64,000 bases of DNA, taken from Octopus vulgaris. Taxonomy: Eukaryota. The DNA is taken from NCBI GenBank assembly GCA_951406725.2, contig OX597821.1:25606001-25670000 (forward strand), written 5' to 3'. The notes below the pieces were generated by a model, which saw only the letters and a list, made by a program, of their open reading frames with translations, searched no databases and was not told where the DNA came from. The position numbers and the translations under genes are program-made. Shown one piece after another: positions 13,425 through 24,749 of the stretch. Numbering within the stretch: the first letter of the stretch is position 1; each line of letters opens with the position of its first letter.

Positions 13425-13529
13425 ATGACGGCTGGTTCGATTTCCGAGGAAGAATTTCTGGCTTCAGCTCACAACTTCTTGAAAGTCTCCGCTGACAATG
13501 TCGACGTCTGGCAACTTCACAAAGTACCT
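13425..13529 (+). CDS. ATG10: Ubiquitin-like-conjugating enzyme ATG10, first coding exon (MTAGSISEEEFLASAHNFLKVSADNVDVWQLHKVP)
   Basis: ATG plus 35 open codons ending CCT|gtaagt (phase 0). The pattern (G-S-I-S-x-E-E-F ... F-L-x-x-S ... D-x-W) matches the ATG10 N-terminus. A candidate acceptor (ttttgcattacag) lies at ~13324, and the neighbouring SSBP gene supports the call. The downstream catalytic exons were not found in the window. Confidence 0.82.
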
Positions 13530-13969
13530 GTAAGTGGAAAAAAAAAAACCAACAAAAAATAACGTTATCTTTGTTTACGTTCAACATCCCCACATCCCCC
13601 AATCAAATGTATATATACCTAAAAATTGCGTATACTATAATATATATGTATATATATATGTATGTACATACAATAAATTTAAAATAAATGTATATAATAA
13701 TAATATATGCATATAATCCTAAGTATATATATATATATATCGTTATATATCTATGTAATGTACACACACGTGAAATAAAATATATAGAAATGTAAAATAA
13801 ACTTTATACATATAACTATACAAATGTATAGAAATTGTACGTGTGTATATATATGTATATATATATATATACATATATATACGTAACAAATATGTGTATC
13901 TATATAATATATATATATATTTATAAAAATGTAAAAATTAACGCAATATAAATATAAAAATGTTTATAC

Positions 13970-14005
<36 letters not shown>

Positions 14006-15391
14006 ATATAAATATATGTATATTATACACAATATAAATATTAAAATGTTTATACATATATATATATATTCGCTTTTTATAATGAAATGGGTTGGACGGT
14101 CCATAGCAATTTTACACACTTCCTAAGAGCTACTGCTCCTAAATACTAGTGCTTGAACTTGTCATTTTGGGTCAGTTTCTGTGGCTGGATGCCCTTCCTA
14201 TTGCCAACAAATTTACAACTTGTGCTGGGTACACTTCCCCATGACACTGGAGTACTCGGTAACCTTAAGGCGTGTAGATTGGGGAGAAGAAAAGGGAGAG
14301 GGAGCAATGACAGCAGAAAGGCCAGAAATGGTTAGTCAAGTAATATATCATCATATATATATATATATATACACACATATATATATATATACATACTTAT
14401 ATATATGTATACATGTATATATACAATGTATGTATATATATATGTATATATATATATTTATATATATATGTATATATATTTATGTATATGTATGTATATA
14501 TATATATGTATGTATGTATAAATATATGTATGTATGCATATATATATGTATGCATATATATATGCATCCATATATGTATATATACATATGTGTGTATGTA
14601 TATATATGTATGTATATGTGTGTATATATATATATGTATATATTTATAATGTCTATATATGTGTGTGTGTTTATATATACATATATAAAATAATACATAA
14701 TTATACTACTATTTATATGTAAATAAATGTGTGTGTATATATAATTCATAAGTCATACTACATATATATGTGAGTAAATATATATGTGTGTGTGTATATA
14801 TATGCATTAATTTATTCTATACATAAGGCTGTGGTTATGGGGCATGTTTTCCAAGCCTATGGTTTCAGGTTCAATCTCACTACATGGCACCTTGGGCAAG
14901 CGTCTTCTACTTTAGTTCTGAGCCAACTGATACTGTGTGGGTGAATTTGGCAGACAGAAACTGTAAGGAAGCCTACTGTATACACACATGTACACGCACA
15001 CACACATACATATAATGTATGTTGGGGGTGGGACATGTTTGTGTTGTGCATGTCCTACTCACCACTCGGCAACCAGTGTTGGTTTGTTTATATCCCTGTA
15101 ACTTAGCAGCTCAGCATACTTCACACTATATGTACTGGTGTCACTTTGTTCAACTAAACTCTTCAAAGCAGCACCCCAGCATGGCTGCACCCCAATGGAT
15201 AAACAATACAAATATCATATAGGTGCAGACATGTGTGTGTGGTTAAAAAGTTCACTTCACACCCATGTGGTATCAGGTTCTAACCCCCTACTCAGCATCT
15301 AGGGGGGTCTTTTACAATAATTATAGTCCAACCAGTGCCATGAGTGAATTCAGGAGACAAAAACTATAAAAAGTTTGTTATATTTATATAT

Positions 15392-15775
15392 AGGCACAGG
15401 TATGGCTGTGTGATAAGAAGCTTGCTTCCCAGCCACAAGGTTCCAGGTTCAGTCCCATTGCATGGCACCTTGGGCAAGTGTCTTCTGCTATAATCTCGGG
15501 CCATCCAAAGCTTTGTGAGTGGATTTGGTAGATGGAAACTGAAAGAAACCTGTCGTATATATCTATATTAACGTGTGTGTCTGTGTTTGTTCCCCCATCA
15601 CCGTTTGACAAATGGTGTTTATGTCCCTGTAACTTAGCGGTTCAGCAAAAGAGACCGAAAGAATAAGTACTAGGCTTATGAAATAAGTCCTAAGGTCGAT
15701 TTCTTCGACTAGAAAACCCTTCGTGGTTGTGCTCCAGCATGGCCACAATTAAATGATTGAAACAAGTAAAAGAAT
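15392..15775 (+). mobile_element. SINE family 1, full length (older copy at ~14826-15200)
   Basis: Same head, CORE and tail motifs as the 16128 copy. Confidence 0.85.
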
Positions 15776-16127
15776 ATATGTGTGTGTGTGCGCGCGTGTA
15801 TATATATGTGTGTATGTGTGTGTGTGATAAACAAACTTAAGAAAACCTAAATGTGTTGGTATTTTACAGACAAGAAAGTAAATTTCGAATGCAGTAGAGC
15901 TGTGAAAACAGGAGACAGAGATTGGGTATTTACCCTTAGAAGACGGGAAATAAAGTTGCCAGCAGGCAACTATGGGAAGTTGAGCCCCATACCACCCCTC
16001 AGATACAGACTGAGTGCTCTAATCATTAAGCTAAAAGGCCCCTAACATATAGATATATGTATGTGTGTATATGCATGTATATATATGTATCTATGTGTGA
16101 AGATATATATATATATATATATACATA

Positions 16128-16512
16128 GGCGCAGGAGTAGCTGTGTGGTAAGTAGCTTGCTTACCAACCACATGGTTCCGGGTTCAGTCCCACTGCGTGG
16201 CATCTTGGGCAAGTGTCTTCTATTATAGCCTTGGGCCAACCAAAGCCTTGTGAGTGGATTTGGTAGATGGAAACTGAAAGAAGCCCGTCATATATATGTA
16301 TATGTATATATATATGTGTCTGTGTTTGTCCCCCTAGCATTGCTTGACAACCGATGCTGGTGTGTTTACGTCCCCGTCACTTAGCGGTTCGGCAAAATAG
16401 ACCGATAGAATAAGTACTGGGCTTACAAAGAATAAGTCCTGGGGTCGATTTGCTCGACTAAAGGCAGTGCTGCAGCATGGCCGCAGTCAAATGACTGAAA
16501 CAAGTAAAAGAG
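16128..16512 (+). mobile_element. tRNA-derived CORE-type SINE, full length (family 1)
   Basis: A box (TAGCTGTGTGG), B box (GGTTCAGTCCC), CORE-like CATCTTGGGCAAGTGTCTT, internal (TA/TG)n, and a 3' end ...AATGACTGAAACAAGTAAAAG. Near-identical copies occur across the window. Confidence 0.9.
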
Positions 16513-16590
16513 TATATATATATATATACATATATACATAATAAATTCAATAAATAGTCAACAGGAAGGAGTACACAGCTATTTAATAAA

Positions 16591-16691
16591 CACTACACCT
16601 GTTTCGATATAACATAGATCCACATATACACAGGATTTAAGTTAAGCAACAGTTTACCTGTATAATGGGATCAATTGTATCTCCTCAAGTG
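16591..16691 (-). ncRNA. Hammerhead ribozyme-like motif, type I, long stem II (core UUGAGGA)
   Basis: The minus strand reads CAC-TTGAGGA-[GATACAAT..GATCC..ATACAGG...CCTGTGTAT..GGATC..TTATATC]-GAAAC-AGGT-GTA-GTG. Confidence 0.6.
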
Positions 16692-16954
16692 ATATATTAT
16701 CGCTGTCCCCATAAGTAAATCTTTGACTTTGATGCTAACACATCCAACTAAGCCTAGACTTTTGAATACTACTGGCTATTTGGTAATTCTAAGGGTGAAC
16801 GAGCTCTATTTTGTACTCTGCTACATTCCTGATGGAATACACTTTAAATATATACATATATATATATATATATCCTAGAAACAGCTGTAAGACCTATCTA
16901 TAAATGTTCTAATATCTATACAGCCTTGGTTTTTTATCTTATTACACAAAAAAT

Positions 16955-17001
<47 letters not shown>

Positions 17002-17003
<2 letters not shown>

Positions 17004-17382
17004 CGCAGGAGTGGCTGTGTGGTAAGTAGCTTGCTAACCAATCACATGGTTCCGGGTTCAGTCCCACTGCGTGGCATCTTGGGCAAGTGTCTTCTGCTAT
17101 AGTCCCGGGCCGACCAATGCCTTGTGAGTGGATTTGGTAGACGGAAACTGAAAGAAGCCTGTCGTATATATGTATATATATGTATATGTGTGTCTGTGTT
17201 TGTCCCTCTAGCATTGCTTGACAACCGGTGCTGGTGTGTTTACGTCGCCGTCACTTAGCGGTTTGGCAAAAGAGACCGATAGAATAAGTACTGGGTTTAC
17301 AAAGAATAAGTCCCGGGGTCGAGTTGCTCAACTAAAGGCGGTGCTCCAGTATGGCCACAGTCACGTGACTGAAACAAGTAAA
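17002..17382 (+). mobile_element. SINE family 1, full length
   Basis: Highly similar to the 16128 copy; inserted in (TA)n. Confidence 0.9.
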
Positions 17383-17412
17383 AAAAAAAAAATATATATA
17401 TATATATATATA

Positions 17413-18077
17413 TGAGGGGAAGTCAAAAATTATCTGCACTTTTGCACTAACACACCTTTATTATTGTCACTCTGTCTTCTGTGCATGCATGCTCATAGTT
17501 GGTACTATTGTGGTCGTGATCAAAGTTTGAGCCTGGTCCTGCCATTTTTCATCCTGGCTTTACAGTGTAAGCATGGCCGCTCCACTAGCAATGTGCATCA
17601 AAGAAGAACAAAGAGCAACAATCCGATTTCTCTGAGGGAAAGGTGTGTCAGGTGCTGAAATTCATCAGAGGCTTTTAGCACAAAACGGGGACAGTGAACT
17701 ATCACGTAAAAGTGTGTATGAGTGGATCAAGAAGTTTAAAAGTGGCTGGACAAGCATGACACATGAAGAGAGAGCAGGATGCCTGTCAACCTCCACTACT
17801 GACAAGAGATTTCAGCAAGCTCAAGAGATGGTAATGGTGAACCGGTTCACCATTACCATCTCTTGGACCACTGCTCTTTTTTCTTCTTAGTTGCACACTG
17901 CTAGTGGAGTGACCATACTTACACAGTAAAGGTAGAAAGAAAAAATGGTGTGATCAGGCTCAAACTTTGATCACATGACCACGATAGTACCAACTGTAAG
18001 CACACATATGCAGAAGGCAGTATGACAATAATAAACATGTTATGGTGAAAGTGCGGATAATTTTTGACTTCTCTTCG
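17413..18077. mobile_element. Mariner-derived fold-back element with a transposase N-terminal (HTH) fragment
   Basis: TA-flanked TIRs TGAGGGGAAGTCAAAAATTATCTGCACTTT / AAAGTGCGGATAATTTTTGACTTCTCTTCG. The peptide EEQRATIRF..GVSGAEIHQRLLAQNGD..LSRKSVYEWIKKFKSG is typical of mariner transposases. The ~200 bp outer arms are inverted copies of each other. Confidence 0.9.
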
Positions 18078-18309
18078 TATGTATGTGTGTGTGTATGTAT
18101 GTATATATGTATTATATATAAGCCTGCTCCTGCTTAACTGATTTAGTCTCTTTATATTCCTTTGATGCACCGCTTCTAATTTACCAAAGGTACTCTAAGA
18201 TTTTTATAATACTTTTGTGTTATGAAAGCATAGGGTTATGTGTATTTCTTATGCTGACTTATATACAGATGTGTGTGTGTATTTATATATATAAATAAGC
18301 TGCTAACTA

Positions 18310-20870
18310 AAGTGGACATGTTGCATAACACTTGAATGGCTTCCAAGGTGTGCATGGAATGTATGAGTATTCTACAAGGAATGAGGAGAGCTCAAGTTTC
18401 CTAGAGTTTTGCAATGCAAATGACCTAACCATTTTCAACACTAAAACTTCAGGACACCAACCACCTGATTACCTACTAGTCAGATGAACAGAAAAGCAAA
18501 ATAGACTTTATTGTCAACAGAAAATCAGCTAGACAGATGGTTGTGAAAGCCAAGTTTTTTCCCTGGGAAAAAATGTTCCACCCAATATTGGTTAGCAATT
18601 ACTGATTCCAGAATAAATGCAAGACAGAACTAGAGGTTCGAGACATCTTGAAAATGGAACAAATAGAAGTTTAAAAAGCTGTGAAACTGTCAGAAGTTCA
18701 GAAAATTACTACCTGAAGCATTTGATGAGAGATGGAGAGATAAAGACCTATGGGATACCCTGCTAAAGGCCACAGACTGGATATGAGGTTCGTCAAGACC
18801 TCAACTAGATGAATGGTGACATTGTACTGGAATAGTTTTTATATACCAGGTTTTAAAAGATAAGAGACAAGCCAGGGCAAACTGGATGAAAAGGGATAGC
18901 AAAGAAAAATATCAAATTGCTGGATGAGATGCTAGACATTAGATATATACTTAGCTAGGAAAGATGCAAAAAGAAAGAAGTTTGCACATGTTCTGTAGTA
19001 CAAGGATCAAAAGTATGTGGTGCCTAGAATAGCTGATAGCATTAGAGAGAATCATGATATTATAAGGAAGTAGGGCTTACCAGCAGTAACTGAATTTTTT
19101 CTCACCAACACTGAAATGAAAGCAGCATGGAGATGCTGCTGAAGGTAGAGAATGAATGTGAAAGAGAGAGAATCTATGCCATGTAGACCCCAACAGAGGG
19201 AACAGCCATTTCACTTGACAGCAGTATGGTAGAGTGATTAAGGATATGAAGGCAGGGAAAGCAGTCGGCCCTTTGGAAATAGTTGCAACAGTTCTCAAAA
19301 TGTCTGGTGAAATAGGGTATAGACTAGTTACTCAAACAATTCATCAGGTAATACAAGAAAACAAAATACTCAAAAACTGGTGCACCAGCATCATTGTAAA
19401 CTGTTACAAAAGCAAAGGAGATGCACAAGAGAGAGCAAATTACAGAAATCAAAGCAGGGCATGAAAGTTTTTACAGAAAGAATTCTTGCAAAGTTGATTA
19501 GGGACAATATAAATCTAGATTAGAAGTATTAGGAACAGGATAAGCCTTGATTTAGAAGTATTTTAGCTTTGTACCAGGAAGAGGTATCACCCTTGCCATC
19601 TACCTATTTTGCACTTGCAAAAGAAAACCTTAGCTTGAAATAATCTTGGCATTTGAAGACCTAGCGAAGACTTTCAACAGAATTCCTTAATCTGACACCT
19701 GGTGGGTGCTAAGGAAGCTAGATGTAGATAAATAGCTAGCGATGACTGTAAAAATCTTGTACAGGAATGCACTCAGCAGGATGACAGTTAAAATGAATAC
19801 AAGGAATTTAAGCATACAATTTGGGTTCTATATAGATTTGGTCTTCAGTCTTCTCCAGCTTATTATAGTCTTCTAAGCCATAACAGAAGGATTTAAGACT
19901 GGCTATCCCTGGGAAATTCTGTATATTGATGACTGTTTCTGTTATAAGGTAACAGAATCTATAGAAGATTTGGAGAAGGAATTCCAGATGCGAGAACAAA
20001 ACCTGGAATTGAAAGATGTTAAAGTCTACATAGCCAAGAAAAAAGTTATGCTAAATAGAAAAGAAGACAGGAGTCTGCTTGCCTTAGGAAAATGACTGAT
20101 CATTATGCAGAAAAGGAATAAATAGAAACTCTATACAGTGTGCCCAGTGTAAATAATGGACATGCAAGAAATGTAGTGGGATCATAGGCAGGCTGGGGAA
20201 AAGGCAGCCTTCATATGTGGCTAGTGTACAGGAGGATTAAACTCAAAAAGCACCCAAGAAATAGTTTCTCTCAGCTGGTCAGGAGTCTTACTAAAAAATA
20301 GTCAATTGTTTTTGTTATGTAAGTAACATAATTGGCAGTGGAGGTAGTGGGTGTGTCTGAAAGCATAGTAGCCAGAGTGAAAATGGAATGGAAAAAATTC
20401 AGGGTGTTACTACTTCTGAGGACAACAGTGGGCTTCTCTTACAGAGTGAAAGGCAGTTGAGTGATGCTTGTATCCAAAGTTCAGTGCTACATGGTATACC
20501 TGGACCTTGAAAGCAGAGTTTTTTTTTTTGTGAAGGCTAGAAAGAACTGGGACAAGTATCCTTTGCTGGATGTGTAATGTCACTGCACATAAACTGCACA
20601 GTACAAATAACTTAAAAGTAAATTTGTGTACAAGAGGAATCATATGTAGTTTGCAAGAGAAAAAACTGCATTGATATGGTGGCATATGATACATGTAGAT
20701 GATGATAGTGGCGAAAGGAAAAATAATAGTAGATGGTGCCTGTGGAAGAGGAAGACCAAAAAAACATGACTAAGTGGTGAAAATTAATCTCAAGATGAAC
20801 CTCACAAAAAGGAATGACAAGGAACCATAACAATTGATGACACGTTCTCTTGGGCAAACATGGCAGAGAG
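18310..20870 (+). mobile_element. Degenerate RTE-clade LINE (endonuclease end, RT and C-terminus)
   Basis: Frameshifted homology to the intact RTE fragments at 44.2-46.5 kb (IKDMKAGKAVGP..WCTSIIVNCYKSKGDA.ERANYR; CGRGRP). Confidence 0.85.
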
Positions 20871-22899
20871 TAAATGCTAACAACGGGTGGGTTGGTGGTT
20901 GCGATACTCATGCAGCATTCACTCACTTCTCCCCTTCTGCTTCTCTTTCTCTTACTAGCCTCTTACAACAGCTTCTCTACCCAGGATGCTTTCAGTAAAT
21001 CTTCATCCTCTGCACTTTTGCCAACCTCTATAGCACCCTCCAGTTTCTCTTTCTCTCAGTGCATTCACCAGTTGCTCCTCTGCCTCTCTTCCTTTCACTA
21101 TCCCTGCTTCACAGTTTCCCTGCTGCCTCAACATCTACTCATTTCTCCCTCACTAACCTCCTCCTATGATCCCCACTCTTCTCTTTTCTTTAATGACTTT
21201 CTTCCCACAGCCACTCTCATCTCTTTCTTTCTTACATGTTCCTTTCCCTTCATATTCACCTTCATAATGTAAGATAGCCCTGGATCCATCTTGTATCCCT
21301 TCCATATTCCATCAAGAGTCAGTGTCTGTTATTCTCTCCACTACCGCTCTCTTGCAACAACAAGTCTGTTCCTCTCAACAAATTTTATGATCTTGCTTAA
21401 AGTCAACACTCCTTGTCTTCTATTTCCTTTTCAGTTGCATGATACAAAGTGACCTCACTAGTGCTGGTGCTATGAAAACAAAAACCAGTACACTCTGTGA
21501 GGTAACTAGCATTACAAAGAGTATGCAGCCATAGAAATTATGTCAAAACTGAGATACTGTGACACAATGCGGTCCTCCAACTTGTCAGATCTTGTCAAGC
21601 AATCCAAACTACAAAAAAATGGAAAGCAGATCTAAAATTTGTGTGTGTGTGATTATATATATTCACACAAACACACATGTATACATATACAAATACATGT
21701 ATACATATACACACACACAGATATATAAGTACATAGATATATATGTATATTATACATATATAATGTATGTATGTATATATGGATAGATAGATAGATATTC
21801 ATATGTAAATATATTTACACAGATAATATATATGCATCTATATATAATGCTTTCCTAAATAAAAGTGCACTTCATTTTTGTAACTCTGAAGCAATAGAGT
21901 GATGCACAATCATTCAACTATGAGTGTATTGCATCTTATAGCAGAAACGGCTGTAAGCTAATGAAGTTCATAATATAATTTCTTATTCTGTTATCATTTT
22001 AATTTCTTATTACTGCTCTGTACTTGATTGATGCTTTGTTCTGAAACATACGTATATCAAGTTCTAACACTATTTGTAATTGTATAATATATACACAATG
22101 TATAATATACACACACACGGATCTATGAAATTTACTTGTGTGTGTGTATATATATACATATATATATATATATCATCCTCTTCATTTAACATCCATTGTC
22201 CTTTAAAATGATGATGATGATCATATATATATTTATAGGAATAAACCCAAAATCAAATGCTTATATTTTTAATGCATTTAGTACATACATTTCAATTAGT
22301 TATTTAATGGTTATCATACATAACTACTCAAAATGTGCATATTAAATGCATTCAAAATATGAGCATTTGGTTTTGTGATTACCTCAGTATTACACAATTC
22401 ATTAATCTTTCTAACAGTCTAGCCCGTCATTACTTGAGTAATTCAGTTACAGTGGAAAATTAAACCAGACATTCAGCTGAAATCTTTTGGCAAATTTTTT
22501 TGTCGCAAAGTATACAACTTAATATACACACTGTCATAATCACTGTATTAATGTCTAATTTTTCATAATTGTATGGGTCAGAGAAAATTTACTGATGCAG
22601 AATCTCTATGTCTGGATGCTCTTCCTATTACCAACAAACTTGTTTCTATGCACAGTAACATTTTCCCAGTAGTCCATATTTGTTTTTGCAGAAAATTGCA
22701 AACAAACATCACCACTTATACAGCAGTGAATCTCATTTGCAATTTACAGTATTGTAAATTTTGTTTCATAACCACCAATTCATATTACTAAGCAGTTTCA
22801 TGTTGAAGAGCCTTCCAAGTGTAGAATGATATATTAACAATCATCGGACAAAGCATTCGTTGTGAAAACGAAATTCCAGAGTAGCAAAAGACTGACTCA

Positions 22900-23280
22900 G
22901 TATATTGCTTCCCGACCACTTGATTCCAGATACAGTCCCACTGTGTGACACCTTGAGCAAGTGTCTTTTATATAGCCTCGGGCCAACCAAAGCCTTGTTA
23001 GTGGATTTGGTAAATGGAAACTGAAAGAAGCCTGTTGTGTATGCATATATATATGTATATGTGTGTCTTTGTGTCTGTGTTTGTCCCACACCACTGCTTG
23101 ACAACCAGTGTTAGTGTGTGCTTACATCCCCTTAACTTAGTGTTTCAGTAAAAAGAGACCGATAGAATAAGTACTAGGCTTCAAAAAAAAAAAAAAGTAC
23201 TAGGGCTAAGCTGCTAGACTAAAACCCTTCAAGGCAGCGCCCCAGGATGGCCACAGTCAAATGACTGAAACAGGTAAAGA
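22900..23280 (+). mobile_element. SINE family 1 copy
   Basis: CORE and tail motifs as in the 16128 copy. Confidence 0.8.
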
Positions 23281-23597
23281 TGGAAGATATATATATGATG
23301 GTTGCCCCCTCGTTATCGAGTATGGCCGTTGCACGAAGCTTAACTGTTATTGGTGCTGTGATCGAATGTGACTTTTTAGCCCAGCTAAAGATCTACAATG
23401 TCTTGTACAGAATTGGCAGCTAAAACCTTTACCGGTAATAGCTGGCTGTAGTTGTAACTGGGCTTCACGTATGTATATATATATATATATATATACATAC
23501 ATACAATTTGACAGGAGCTGGCAAGCCAGAAGACTGCTCCAAGCTCAACAGCCTGCTTTGGTATGGTTTCTATGGCTGGATGCCCTTCCAATTACCT

Positions 23598-23826
23598 ATT
23601 TCTTTACTACCCACAAGGGGCTAAACACAGAGGACAAACAAGGACAGACACACGGATTAAGTTGATTATATCGACCCCAGTGCGTAACTGGTACTTATTT
23701 AATCAACCCCGAAAGGGTGAATGGCAAAGTCGACCTTGGCGGAATTTGAACTCAGAATGTAGCGGCAGATGAAATATCGCTAAGCATTTCGCCCGGCATG
23801 CTAACAATTCTGCTGGCTTGCTGCCT
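23598..23826 (-). mobile_element. tRNA-derived SINE family 2
   Basis: Reverse complement of the 54111 copy (GAGTTCAAATTCCGCC B box; TTAAATAAGTACCAGT; GGGGTCGAT). Confidence 0.8.
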
Positions 23827-24402
23827 TTGCCCTTCCTAATACCAACCATTTTACAGAGTGTACTGGGTACTTTTTTTACATGGTACCAACTCTCTCTATA
23901 TATCTCTCTCATACACATACACACCACATACCGCCAGTTTTTCTGACATAGACCATGTAAAACTCTCTTTAGTTTCACACCTGTCAACTTTTCCCTGAAG
24001 AAGAACTCCATCTTAAACAGATTTTCCACTCCCCATAGCAAGTTCACTATATTCATGCTATTGATTTTACTACAGAATTCAAATCTTACTGATGTAGTGT
24101 ATTTATATTTAGTTAAGTGACCAATGGTTTTGCATCCATAAAGCCTATGGACAACTCATCAGGTTGAAGAGGCATATGCCATCTGCCATTAGAGTCTGGC
24201 AAGTCATTCCTCAAGTAAGTGCCTTTATGGATGTGAAACCAGTGGTCATTCTATGACCAGACGTATACTTAACTGCATATAAATATATATATATATATAT
24301 ATTGATAATTAGATATAGCCATATACATATGTACATAAGTGTGTATAGATATATGCATACATGCACAAGCACACACATATATACATGCACAAGCACATAC
24401 AT

Positions 24403-24446
<44 letters not shown>

Positions 24447-24749
24447 TCTTTACTCTTTTACTTGTTTTAGTCACCTGGCTGCAGCCATCCCAGGGTACTG
24501 CCTTGAAGCATTTAGAACAAATTGACCATATTGGTTCTTATTCTATCAGTTTCTTTTGCCAAACTGCTAAGTTATGGAAATGTAGACAAACTGATACCAG
24601 TTTTCAAGCTGCATTTGGGGACAAACACATGAACAAACTTTTTAAAAACAGTTCGAATATATTCTTGTGACATATTTGACTTAGCACGCATAATATATAA
24701 TACATATGAAGAAATATATAGATACGACAAAAGATCAGATAAAATACAT

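Noticed and set aside
14181-14749. Long ORFs rich in Y/I/C/V/M (also ~28700-29240, ~31140-31540, ~42700-44500 and ~54760-55060)
   Set aside because: They are translations of (TA)n/(TG)n microsatellites that lack stop codons, not genes.
15870-16045. Putative ATG10 exon 2 after ttttacag
   Set aside because: The phase-0 reading hits a stop after three codons, and other frames show no ATG10 similarity.
16128-16200. tRNA-like A/B boxes
   Set aside because: These are SINE heads followed by CORE-like bodies, not tRNA genes; no true tRNA or rRNA was seen.
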